Shown piece after piece: positions 1-8,363 of a stretch of DNA of 45,435 nt (the stretch's first letter is position 1; every line of letters begins with the position of its first letter). Origin of the DNA: Acidimicrobiia bacterium (GTDB taxonomy: Bacteria > Actinomycetota > Acidimicrobiia > IMCC26256 > JBARPG01); the NCBI GenBank assembly GCA_049642885.1, contig JBARPG010000102.1, positions 1 to 45,435 of the forward strand, given 5' to 3'. Under the pieces are notes generated by a model. That model saw nothing but the letters and a program-made list of their open reading frames with translations. It had not been told where the DNA came from and did no database searches. The position numbers were made by a program, and so were the translations under genes.

Positions 1-266
1 GTTCGCATCTCCCCGATCTTCACCTTGGCAGCCATGGTGAATGCAGCGAACGGGCCGCAACACGCGATAGGCCCGGTCAGCGCAAGGTCGAATACTTCGG
101 CCATGGCGTGGGTGCCCCCAAAAAATGCTCGGATGGCGTCAGCTCCAACGAAGGGTTCGCCATCGGCCGGATCCCAGACCGAAGCATCGTCGGCGAAACA
201 CTCCATGACCCCATCCAGATCTTTCGCGGTGTGCAGTTGCACGTAGCGCTCGACGACTGACTTCAT
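1..266 (-). CDS. SnoaL/NTF2-like (ketosteroid-isomerase fold) protein; C-terminal part cut by window edge
   Basis: Own reverse-strand translation from ATG (cat at 264-266) gives MKSVVERYVQLHTAKDLDGVMECFADDASVWDPADGEPFVGADAIRAFFGG... The frame stays open to position 1, so it is absent from the ORF track. The listed + ORF 25..246 is its antisense shadow. Confidence 0.6.
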   Translation of the reverse strand, partial: MKSVVERYVQLHTAKDLDGVMECFADDASVWDPADGEPFVGADAIRAFFGGTHAMAEVFDLALTGPIACCGPFAAFTMAAKVKIGEMR

Positions 267-351
267 CTCGGCTTGCCCCATGACATCTCCATTCTTGAAA
301 CTTCTTCTGTACTTCGCACGTCTAACGTACCGTCGAACCTTGGAGGGTCCT

Positions 352-1425
352 GTGCACCACCGAATCTTGATCGCTGCGACCGCGACGGCCTTGGCCGTTA
401 CCGCATGTTCGAGCGGATCGTCAAATGCCTCATCGTCAGGCGGGTCGCGTGCCAAGAAGTCAACTGCGTCAAGCAGCTCCGTCTATGAGAGCCCGCTCAG
501 CGATGCGATGGGGCAGGTGAACCAGGAGTCGTACGCCCGAGAGGCAGCGAAGGCGGAGAAGAACACGCAGGCGTGTATGGCGAAGGAGGGATTTGAGTAC
601 ATCCCGGTCAACACAAGTCCCGATGTCTACCAAGAGGATTTTTCAAATGTCGGCCCGCAGGCCCCCGAGTGGCGCAAGAAGTATGGGTACGGAATGGTCG
701 CGCAGGTGCTCGAACCCGAGGACAACATCTACGGGGACGGAGGAGATTTCAAAGAGCAGGTTGACCCCAACATGAAACTCTTCGAGAAGCTCAGCAAGGC
801 CGAACAACGCGCGTATGGGATCGCGCTTGATGGATACGACAGCGAGGCAGTCGCTGTCGTAACCCAGCCGAACGAAACCTCCGGCGGCGCCCCAACAAAA
901 GGCTGTCGTGCGGTTGCGTACCAGAAACTCTGGGGCCAAACCGATGAGAAGACCCAGCAGCTCCAATCGGACTTGTACGAAGAAATGATTAGTCGCATGG
1001 ACGCGGATCCCCGAATCAAGAAGATGACCAAGGCGTGGAAATCATGCCTTGGCGGAGACTTCTCCTCAATTCGCGATCCTGGTGGAGCATATGACTACAT
1101 CCAGAAACAAATCGACGAGATCGTGCAATCGAATGAGGGCAACGGTTTATCGGAAGTCGAGGGACCGGCGCCGACGAGTCTCCCTCCATCGACCGAGGAA
1201 ATGACGCTGCCTCCGACCGATTTCTCATCCGACCAGAAGTCGCGGTTGAAGACGCTCCAGAAGACCGAGATCGCGCTTGCGAATGCCGACTACAAATGCC
1301 AGGAGAAACTCGACCTCGTCAAGAAGGGCGAGGAGATCCGGATCGAGATCGAACAACAGATCGTCGACAGCCACGGGAGCGATCTCAGGAAAATCAAAGC
1401 TGCCGGAGGCGGCGGGCAAGGCTGA
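352..1425 (+). CDS. Secreted lipoprotein of unknown family, paralog A (four conserved Cys, Gly-rich C-terminus)
   Basis: In-frame GTG at 352 lies 5 nt after GGAGG and gives VHHRILIAATATALAVTAC, an n/h-region plus lipobox. The track start at 280 adds a non-signal-like extension. Clear paralogy to the next gene. The protein ends AAGGGGQG-stop. Confidence 0.75.
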   Translation: MHHRILIAATATALAVTACSSGSSNASSSGGSRAKKSTASSSSVYESPLSDAMGQVNQESYAREAAKAEKNTQACMAKEGFEYIPVNTSPDVYQEDFSNVGPQAPEWRKKYGYGMVAQVLEPEDNIYGDGGDFKEQVDPNMKLFEKLSKAEQRAYGIALDGYDSEAVAVVTQPNETSGGAPTKGCRAVAYQKLWGQTDEKTQQLQSDLYEEMISRMDADPRIKKMTKAWKSCLGGDFSSIRDPGGAYDYIQKQIDEIVQSNEGNGLSEVEGPAPTSLPPSTEEMTLPPTDFSSDQKSRLKTLQKTEIALANADYKCQEKLDLVKKGEEIRIEIEQQIVDSHGSDLRKIKAAGGGGQG

Positions 1426-1536
1426 ATTGCCTCACCGCGGCGCGTTCTTACCAAACTCTTACCTTTGCGCTTGCGTCAGCTTTCGCTTCTGCCATTGTTC
1501 TCCGCACGCCAACTCGGCCGTTCTTGGAGGAACACC

Positions 1537-2658
1537 ATGAAACGCATTCTCTCTGCTGCAAGCATCACCGCACTCACCCTGACCGCCGCGTGCGGCAGCG
1601 ACGGTGCATCGAACGCTGCGAGCAACTCATCGGCCGGAAAGAACGCCGACCGCGCAACAGCCAGCTCATCATCAACGTACGCCAGCCCGCTCGGCGACGC
1701 ACTCGGACAGACCAACCCGAACGACATGAACCGACAAATGGCTGACGCGGAGAAGAAGATTCAAACGTGTATGGCGAAGGAGGGGTTCAAGTACATCCCA
1801 TCCGCGAATCCTGTCGTTTCCTTCGGAGGAGTGGACGACGCCTCGGGACCGCAAAACAAGGACTGGCGCGCCAAACACGGATACGGAATTGTCGAGCAGA
1901 TCTTGGACCCCGGCGCGGGCATGTTCAGGTTTGATCCGAAGAACATGCCGGTCGACCCCAACCAGAAGATCGTCGAGAACTTGAGTAAGGCCGAACAGCG
2001 CGCGTATCACATCGCACTTGACGGCTTTGACCCTGAGGACCCCGCAACGGCGAATGGCCAGTCGACCGTAACCCAGCTTGGGGTTGCGCAAACGGGGGGA
2101 ATGCAGGCAAAGGGGTGCCGCGGACAGTCGATGTCGAAACTCTTTGGCGGCGCAACTGATGCGAAGACCATGGAGCTCACAAACGACATCTATCAGACGA
2201 TGAACGACCGGATAGCCGCTGATCCCCGAATCAAGAAGCTGAACCAGCAGTGGGCCTCGTGCGTCGCAAAAGCAGGATTCTCGGCCGTCACAAGACAAGA
2301 GCAGACGTACAGCTATATCCAAGAGAAGGCGAAGGTGATCGCCCCGAACGCTGGAATGGGCCCGATCATTTCCTCCGGGGGAGGTGCGTCGACGAGCGGT
2401 TCGGTCGACAGTGGTGGAACTGCACCCGGATCGGATTCAGCGGCAAAGGAGCTGACTGAAGCACAGAAGAAGCAGCTCAAAGCACTCAAAAAAAATGAGG
2501 TGGCGCTTGCCACGGCTGACTTCGATTGCCAAGAGAAGTACGACATCCAGAAGAAGACCGATTCCATTCGCATCGAGATCGAAAAGCAGATCGTCGATGA
2601 ACGAGGAAGCGATCTAGCGAACATCAAAGCCGGCGGTGGTGGCGGAGGGCAGGGGTAA
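1537..2658 (+). CDS. Secreted lipoprotein of unknown family, paralog B
   Basis: ATG at 1537 is preceded by GGAGGA. MKRILSAASITALTLTAAC is a signal peptide plus lipobox. It shares blocks with paralog A: SPLxDAxGQ, CMAKEGFxYIP, LSKAEQRAYxIALDG, ADPRIKK, CQEK, IRIEIExQIVD. The protein ends AGGGGGGQG-stop. Confidence 0.8.
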   Translation: MKRILSAASITALTLTAACGSDGASNAASNSSAGKNADRATASSSSTYASPLGDALGQTNPNDMNRQMADAEKKIQTCMAKEGFKYIPSANPVVSFGGVDDASGPQNKDWRAKHGYGIVEQILDPGAGMFRFDPKNMPVDPNQKIVENLSKAEQRAYHIALDGFDPEDPATANGQSTVTQLGVAQTGGMQAKGCRGQSMSKLFGGATDAKTMELTNDIYQTMNDRIAADPRIKKLNQQWASCVAKAGFSAVTRQEQTYSYIQEKAKVIAPNAGMGPIISSGGGASTSGSVDSGGTAPGSDSAAKELTEAQKKQLKALKKNEVALATADFDCQEKYDIQKKTDSIRIEIEKQIVDERGSDLANIKAGGGGGGQG

Positions 2659-2662
2659 CACA

Positions 2663-4420
2663 GTGGAAACACGTACGAAGATGGCTGTCGCTGTTGGGTC
2701 AGTCGTGGTCGCGGGTGCTGTCGGATGGGTTGCGGGTCAATCCATCCAGTCACCCGACCAAGCCGCAGCCAGCGCTAAGGCACCCGTCGCAAGCGCGATC
2801 ACAGTTCCTGTCGAAGAGCGATCACTTTCGACTGAGATCGTGCTCCGCGGAAACGTCGGTTATTCACAACCGTTCGACGTGAACCTCGGCACGAGCGCCA
2901 CAGGCGGTTCGAACGCGTTCGTGACGCGCGTGCCCGAAACCGGCTCGCAAGTGAACGAGGGCGCTTCTGTCATGGAAGTGAGCGGACGACCTGTGATTGC
3001 ACTCGCTGGTGTCATCCCCATGTATCGCGATCTCAAGGTCGGTTCCACCGGCGAAGACGTGAAAGAGCTCGAGACTGCACTCGACCGCCTCGGGTTCGCC
3101 CCAGGCGCCGTCGATGGGACCTTCGATGCGGCCACGGCCAGCGCGGTCACGCGCATGTACGCCAACGCAGGGTCGACTCCCCCGGTTGCGTCAGATGATC
3201 TGCGTAAGCAACTGCGCGATGCACAGAACGCGGTGACCTCCGCCCAGAACGCACTTCGAGAAGCCCAGCGAAACGCGAGCACTGGATCAACGAAACAATC
3301 GGAGATTGCCCAAGCGCAACAAGCAGTGAACGACGCACTCGATGCTGCGAACCAGGCTCGTACACAGGCCGCGAAAGACTTGCAAACGGCACAGGACGCG
3401 CTGACCGACGCAACGACGACCCGCGACGAAGCGGCGCGCGCGCTGAAGAAAGCCAAGGATTCATTGGCAACTGCAAACGCCGGAACCAACCCTCAAACCG
3501 GCCTCGCACCAAGTACTCCCGAAGAGGTGGCTGCCCTCAACACCCTCAAGTCCGAATTGGCCGATCAAGTCGCTACTGCCCAAATCGCGTATGACCGGGC
3601 GGTCCGCGATGTACAACGCGCGACCGACGCAATTCCCGCGACACAAGCAGCAAACGATTCGACGATTCGCAAAGCCGATGCCAGCGTCGGTCTCGCGAGG
3701 ACACAACTCGCTGAAACGCTCGATCCTTCGAGAAACAACAGCAGCAAATCAGCAGTGACTGATGCACAACAGCAGGTCACTCAGGCGCTGCAGTCCCTGG
3801 CCGATGTGTCGAAAGATGCCGGTGTCACCGTACCTGCGTCAGAGATCGCGTTCATTCCCTCGTTGCCAGGGCGACTCGATGCAACGAAAGCAGTGCTCGG
3901 TAAAGCTCCCGAGAATCCAATCGTCACTGTGAGCGGGTCGAAGTTGGCCATCGAAAGCTCTGTGCGGGTGAGCGACCGCAAATACGTCAAGGTCGGCATG
4001 CCCGTCACCGCCGAAGCCAGCGATCAAAACATCACCGTTGGAGGCAAGATCGCCGAGATCGACAAGAAGGCCGGAACCCACGAGGTCGGCGACAGCAACA
4101 TCTGGATTTCGATCGACCTCGACAAAATCCCAGATGGTTTGAGCGGCGCGAGCGTCAAGATCACCATCCCTGTGTCGGCAACAAAAGGCGATGTGTTGGC
4201 GGTGCCGCTCGCGGCCTTGTCGATCGACGGCGGTGGTTCTGCACGAGTTGAGCTCCGTGACGCGAAGAATCGCCAGGTGTTCGTACCCGTCACGATCGGT
4301 CTCGTTGCGCAGGGCTACGCCGAAGTTGCTCCTCGTGGCGCGGCACACCTCAAGAAGGGTGACCGCGTCGTCGTCGGCACGAAGGGTGCGAGCGATGCCG
4401 CGAAGAAGCTTGGCATCTGA
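2663..4420 (+). CDS. Membrane-anchored HlyD/MacA-type periplasmic adaptor with peptidoglycan-binding (PG_binding_1) domain and long coiled coil
   Basis: GTG at 2663 lies 4 nt after the stop of the previous gene. There is an N-terminal TM (MAVAVGSVVVAGAVGWVAG) and a PG_binding_1-like motif GSTGEDVKELETALDRLGFAPGAVDGTFDAATASAV. A long Ala/Gln-rich heptad-like region follows, then a C-terminal beta-barrel-like segment (PVTAEA...VKITIPV...GDRVVVG). The stop overlaps the ABC ATPase start (TGATG). The start could instead be ATG 2681. Confidence 0.8.
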   Translation: METRTKMAVAVGSVVVAGAVGWVAGQSIQSPDQAAASAKAPVASAITVPVEERSLSTEIVLRGNVGYSQPFDVNLGTSATGGSNAFVTRVPETGSQVNEGASVMEVSGRPVIALAGVIPMYRDLKVGSTGEDVKELETALDRLGFAPGAVDGTFDAATASAVTRMYANAGSTPPVASDDLRKQLRDAQNAVTSAQNALREAQRNASTGSTKQSEIAQAQQAVNDALDAANQARTQAAKDLQTAQDALTDATTTRDEAARALKKAKDSLATANAGTNPQTGLAPSTPEEVAALNTLKSELADQVATAQIAYDRAVRDVQRATDAIPATQAANDSTIRKADASVGLARTQLAETLDPSRNNSSKSAVTDAQQQVTQALQSLADVSKDAGVTVPASEIAFIPSLPGRLDATKAVLGKAPENPIVTVSGSKLAIESSVRVSDRKYVKVGMPVTAEASDQNITVGGKIAEIDKKAGTHEVGDSNIWISIDLDKIPDGLSGASVKITIPVSATKGDVLAVPLAALSIDGGGSARVELRDAKNRQVFVPVTIGLVAQGYAEVAPRGAAHLKKGDRVVVGTKGASDAAKKLGI

Positions 4421-5097
4421 TGACCTCTCCCGTCGTTGAACTCGTCGGCGTTGGCCGCGAGTACGCCACCGAGCCGCCCGTCCATGCCCTCATCGATGTT
4501 GATCTCTGCATCGACCCGGGCGAGTGGCTCGCCGTTGCCGGACCAAGCGGGTCAGGAAAGTCGACGTTGCTGAATGTGCTCGGGTTGTTGGACCGGCCGA
4601 CCAGCGGCGAATATCGCCTCGACGGCATAGACGTTGCGGAACGATCCGAGGCGGAGCGTGCTGGGCTGCGCGGCGAACGTATCGGATTCGTCTTCCAGTC
4701 CTTTCACCTGCTCGCTCATCGCAGTGCGCTCGAGAACGTGATGATGACGGGCCTGTATCAAGCAGTAAGCCGTAGCGAGCGCGAAACGCAGGCACGTGAA
4801 GCGTTGGAGCTCGTCGGGTTAGGACATCGCGTCGACTTCTTGCCGACTCGCCTTTCCGGAGGAGAGCGTCAACGTGTCGCAATTGCCCGAGCGATCGCCA
4901 GTGCGCCCTCGCTCCTCCTTGCGGACGAACCGACGGGAAACCTCGACAGCGCCAACACCGTCGCGATTCTCGACCTGTTCGCGACGCTGCATAAGCGGGG
5001 GCTCACGATCGTGATGATCACACACGATGCCGACGTTTCCTCCGCGGCGCAGCGGCGCGTGGGCATCGTCGATGGCCGATTGACTGAGGTGCGCTAA
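4420..5097 (+). CDS. ABC transporter ATP-binding protein (MacB/LolD/FtsE-type)
   Basis: Walker A GPSGSGKST, signature LSGGERQRVAIARA, Walker B LLLADEPTGNLD, H-loop ITHD. It has 1-nt overlaps with both neighbours. Confidence 0.95.
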   Translation: MTSPVVELVGVGREYATEPPVHALIDVDLCIDPGEWLAVAGPSGSGKSTLLNVLGLLDRPTSGEYRLDGIDVAERSEAERAGLRGERIGFVFQSFHLLAHRSALENVMMTGLYQAVSRSERETQAREALELVGLGHRVDFLPTRLSGGERQRVAIARAIASAPSLLLADEPTGNLDSANTVAILDLFATLHKRGLTIVMITHDADVSSAAQRRVGIVDGRLTEVR

Positions 5098-6323
5098 TGG
5101 CTCGTATCGCCGTACCTCATATGCGACTCCGGGATATGTGGGGCGAGGCCGTTGCCGCGCTGTTGGCACGACCGGCTCGTGCTGTGCTGACCGCGCTCGG
5201 CACCGTGCTCGGAATTGTTGCGCTGGTCGGCACGCTCGGTCTGGCAGCCACCGCGGGCAACCGCATCGTTGGTCGGTTCGATGAGCTGTCGGCCACTGAG
5301 GTGCGCGTGAAACCGGCTTCGAGTTTCTTCAACTCCGGGCCGAAGACTTCGAACATTCCGTTCGATGCTGGAGCGCGACTCCAGCGCCTCAATGGTGTTG
5401 TCGCCGCAGGCACCATTTCCGATGTTGATGTCAACGGAGCGCTCGCTCGCACGGTTCCGGTTTCCGATCCTCTCGCGGCACCCGAGCAGTCGCTCACGGT
5501 CAAAGCAGTGAGCGCCGACACCTTGGCAGCGGAACGCGCCGTGCTGCGCACCGGCACGACGTTCAGCGAGGTTCACGATCGAAAGAAAATGCGCGTCGCA
5601 ATTCTCGGGAGCGATGCCGCTACATCGCTCGGGGTATCGAGGGTCGACAACCAGCCGGGCATTTTCATCGGCGATCGCATCTACAGCGTGATTGGCATTC
5701 TCGACGATGTCTCGCGGGACGCCGACCTGCTGTCGAGCATTTTGATTCCGAACGGTGCTGCGCAGGAGGACTGGGGTCTGAAAGCACCGGCGGAAGTGCT
5801 GATCGAAACGAAGGTCGGCGCCGCTCAACTCATCGCCAAACAGGCGCCGATCGCACTCAGCCCGAACGACCCGACACTCCTTCGTTCCGCAGCACCGCCG
5901 GAGCCGAAGCGCACCAAGGCAGGCATCAAATCGGACCTGCAGTCACTCCTCCTCGTGCTGGGTTCGGTTTCGTTGATCATCGGCGCGATCGGCATTGCGA
6001 ATGTGACATTGGTCTCGGTGATTGAACGCGTCGGTGAGATTGGGCTACGGCGCGCGCTCGGCGCGGGTCGGCGCCACATCGCCGGTCAGTTCCTGGTGGA
6101 AAGCATGGCGCTCGGCGTTGTTGGCGGGATCGCCGGCGCGTCACTCGGCACCCTGCTCATTGTCATTGTCAGTGCCGTGCAGGACTGGACGCCAGTCGTC
6201 GCCCCATGGATTCCATTCGCGGCACCAGCGCTCGGTGCCGCGGTTGGACTCATCGCAGGGCTCTATCCGGCGTTGCGGGCGGCATCGCTCGAACCGGTCG
6301 AGGCCTTGCGCTCGGGCACGTGA
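5097..6323 (+). CDS. ABC transporter permease, MacB/FtsX family (N-terminal TM, large extracytoplasmic domain, C-terminal FtsX 3-TM bundle)
   Basis: N-terminal TM AVLTALGTVLGIVALVGTLGL, an extracytoplasmic stretch of about 230 aa, then the typical FtsX-domain motif GIANVTLVSVIERVGEIGLRRALGA. Start overlaps the ATPase stop (TAATG). Confidence 0.9.
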   Translation: MARIAVPHMRLRDMWGEAVAALLARPARAVLTALGTVLGIVALVGTLGLAATAGNRIVGRFDELSATEVRVKPASSFFNSGPKTSNIPFDAGARLQRLNGVVAAGTISDVDVNGALARTVPVSDPLAAPEQSLTVKAVSADTLAAERAVLRTGTTFSEVHDRKKMRVAILGSDAATSLGVSRVDNQPGIFIGDRIYSVIGILDDVSRDADLLSSILIPNGAAQEDWGLKAPAEVLIETKVGAAQLIAKQAPIALSPNDPTLLRSAAPPEPKRTKAGIKSDLQSLLLVLGSVSLIIGAIGIANVTLVSVIERVGEIGLRRALGAGRRHIAGQFLVESMALGVVGGIAGASLGTLLIVIVSAVQDWTPVVAPWIPFAAPALGAAVGLIAGLYPALRAASLEPVEALRSGT

Positions 6324-6337
6324 CCTTCAGCCGTTCG

Positions 6338-7000
6338 TTAGAGCTTGCTATCGATCTTCTCGGCGAGCTCGGCGAGTGTTGACTTGATGCTCTCGGCGTC
6401 GGTCACGCTACCGATCGTCACGAGTTGCAGATCTGCCCGCACGCCGTCGGAACGAATCCACGAATAAATACCGCCACCCAGTGTTTGGTAAGTACGTGCG
6501 GAACCGGGACCCGAGGACAGCTTTTCGCCCCCCAAGAATCCCGCAGTCGTATTGAACGACTCCACGGATGAGCGTTCGAGGCGCAGCTCGATCGTCGGAG
6601 CCACGAGCGGCGTGGCGCCGTCCTGCATGAAGTTCGGCACGCCCTCAATGTCGTAGGAACACCGGTCGGCAGAGTCATCCGCTTTCTTTGGCTCGCCACC
6701 AATCGCGTCAGATACGACCGAGCTTGTGAGGATCGAACATGGCTTCGGCACTCCCTTCAGCGAATCTGACTTGTACTTCTCCGCGAGCTTTCGCGCGTCC
6801 TCAAGCATCTTCGGGTCGACCTTTCCGTTCTTCGCTTGCTCCGCGAGCTTGCTCGCGGTGGCAATTGCATCAGGGCTCAGTCCCGTTTGCTTCGCGATCT
6901 TCGCCGCAGCGTCATCGGCTGCAGACTTCTTGTCGTCGCCGCATCCGGCAACAGCGACAGAAAGAATGAGCATTGGGACGGCCAGGTTTCGAACTCTCAT
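6338..7000 (-). CDS. Lipoprotein, DUF3558-like
   Basis: Internal ATG (cat 6998-7000) is preceded by GGAGGA and gives MRVRNLAVPMLILSVAVAGCGDD (lipobox). The upstream 132 codons of track ORF 6338..7396 look non-coding. A PCSILT...DRCSY two-Cys pattern resembles DUF3558 lipoproteins; that family call is from memory. Confidence 0.7.
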   Translation of the reverse strand: MRVRNLAVPMLILSVAVAGCGDDKKSAADDAAAKIAKQTGLSPDAIATASKLAEQAKNGKVDPKMLEDARKLAEKYKSDSLKGVPKPCSILTSSVVSDAIGGEPKKADDSADRCSYDIEGVPNFMQDGATPLVAPTIELRLERSSVESFNTTAGFLGGEKLSSGPGSARTYQTLGGGIYSWIRSDGVRADLQLVTIGSVTDAESIKSTLAELAEKIDSKL

Positions 7001-7135
7001 TGGGTTTCCTCCACAGATTTCTGCCCTCAGGCGATACAGGCTAGTGCCCACATCTCCATCAGATCTGCGTTGCACTTGCGTGGCAATTGGCGACGCCGTT
7101 CGAGTTCGCGCCACCGAGCGGCCGATAGCTCTTTC

Positions 7136-8362
7136 ATGGCGGATGCAGCATCGGTTGCACATCTCATTCGGAGAACTTCCTTCGGCCCCCACCCGGGCCA
7201 AGTCGCGACTCTCGTCGCAGATCCCCTCGAAACGATTACCGCCAACGTGCTCGCTGCCGCACCAATGCCAATCGGCCCCCCACCGCCTCTGGAGGGCGAA
7301 AACTCTTGGCGCGCACTTGCTCGCTGGTGGTTGCAACGCATGACCACAACAACGGCAGGTCTTCACGAAAAGATGACGTGGTTTTGGCATGGGCACCTGA
7401 CCTCATCACTCGACACCGCCGACGCATCTCAAATGTGGAATCAACATTTGTTGTTGCGAACGCATGCGCTCGGCAACTTCAGGGACCTACTGAAGGCGGT
7501 CACGGTCGACGCAGCGATGCTCCGCTACCTCAACGGAGATGGCTCGGTCGCCGCACACCCGAACGAGAACTACTCGCGCGAGCTGATGGAACTCTTTGCT
7601 CTCGGACGAGGCAACTACACCCAAACCGATGTCACACGCGGAGCGCGAGCGCTCGCGGGGTACCGAGTGCGATGGGATACCGGTGCGGTTGAGTTCGATC
7701 CCACCGACGGCCTCGCCTCCCCCGTCACCTTTCTCGGCGCGTCGGTGCTTCGGTCAAATGATGTTGTTGATGCCGTCTGCAACCACACGGCATGCGCGCC
7801 CTGGGTCGTCGCAAAGTTGCATCGCTACTTCGTAGGGGTCGATCCGAGTGTGAGCCGCCGAAGCGAGCTGGCCACGCTTTTTCGATCAGGAAATTTGGAG
7901 ATTCGTCCGGTCGTCGAGAACATCATTCTCCATACGAGTTTTCAGTCAGCGCGAATGAATCGCCCACGTTTCCCGGTTGAGTACATACCTGGTGTGATGA
8001 CCGCCATTGCTCAGCCGTATAACGATGGGTGGGGACTTTTGGATGCCGTTGGCGGGCTCGACCAAATGCCATTCGAGCCACCGAATGTTGCCGGATGGGG
8101 ATACGGGACGAAGTGGCTGAGCGCCGGGTCCGCGATGGTGCGTGCTGCTGCCGTGCAGTGGAACGAGGCCGTGAACACCATCGAAAGTGCGCCGGATGTT
8201 GTTGGGGCCGCGCTCGACCGGTGCAGCTTGTTCGATGTGAGTGCACGCACTCGTTCCTCCATTCAGTCGGCAGTTGACAAGTTGGGATCGAGCGACACCT
8301 GGGCACGCGCATGGCTGGCACTCGGCCTTGCAGCGACGTCACCTGAGATGGAGCTGGCCTGA
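7136..8362 (+). CDS. DUF1800 family protein
   Basis: Start re-set to ATG 7136 (MADAASVAHLIRRTSFGP...) because the longer ORF overlaps the opposite-strand lipoprotein. DUF1800-like blocks are present: HEKMTWFWHGHLTSS and LRYLNGDGSVAAHPNENYSRELMELFALG. Confidence 0.8.
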   Translation: MADAASVAHLIRRTSFGPHPGQVATLVADPLETITANVLAAAPMPIGPPPPLEGENSWRALARWWLQRMTTTTAGLHEKMTWFWHGHLTSSLDTADASQMWNQHLLLRTHALGNFRDLLKAVTVDAAMLRYLNGDGSVAAHPNENYSRELMELFALGRGNYTQTDVTRGARALAGYRVRWDTGAVEFDPTDGLASPVTFLGASVLRSNDVVDAVCNHTACAPWVVAKLHRYFVGVDPSVSRRSELATLFRSGNLEIRPVVENIILHTSFQSARMNRPRFPVEYIPGVMTAIAQPYNDGWGLLDAVGGLDQMPFEPPNVAGWGYGTKWLSAGSAMVRAAAVQWNEAVNTIESAPDVVGAALDRCSLFDVSARTRSSIQSAVDKLGSSDTWARAWLALGLAATSPEMELA

Positions 8363-8363
8363 T

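Noticed and set aside
5094-5828. Long antisense ORFs opposite confidently assigned genes, e.g. 5094..5828(-), 23344..24030(-), 25965..26591(-), 39517..40182(-), 43892..44671(-), 1672..2322(-), 2860..3489(-), 17801..18463(+), 42555..43286(+), 22047..22775(+)
   Set aside because: Their translations are Arg/Ser/Pro/His-rich and low in recognisable motifs. They lie fully within genes that have strong family signatures on the other strand. Such shadow ORFs are expected in GC-rich DNA.
6338-7396. 5'-extended versions of track ORFs: 6338..7396(-), 6836..8362(+), 8241..9698(+), 10296..12479(-), 13067..14353(-), 14293..14676(-), 21831..22754(-), 37907..38842(-), 37285..37893(+), 43532..44404(+)
   Set aside because: The extensions overlap neighbouring genes, lack SD sites and have non-protein-like composition. 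Internal starts give proper signal peptides, SD spacing or 4-nt coupling overlaps.
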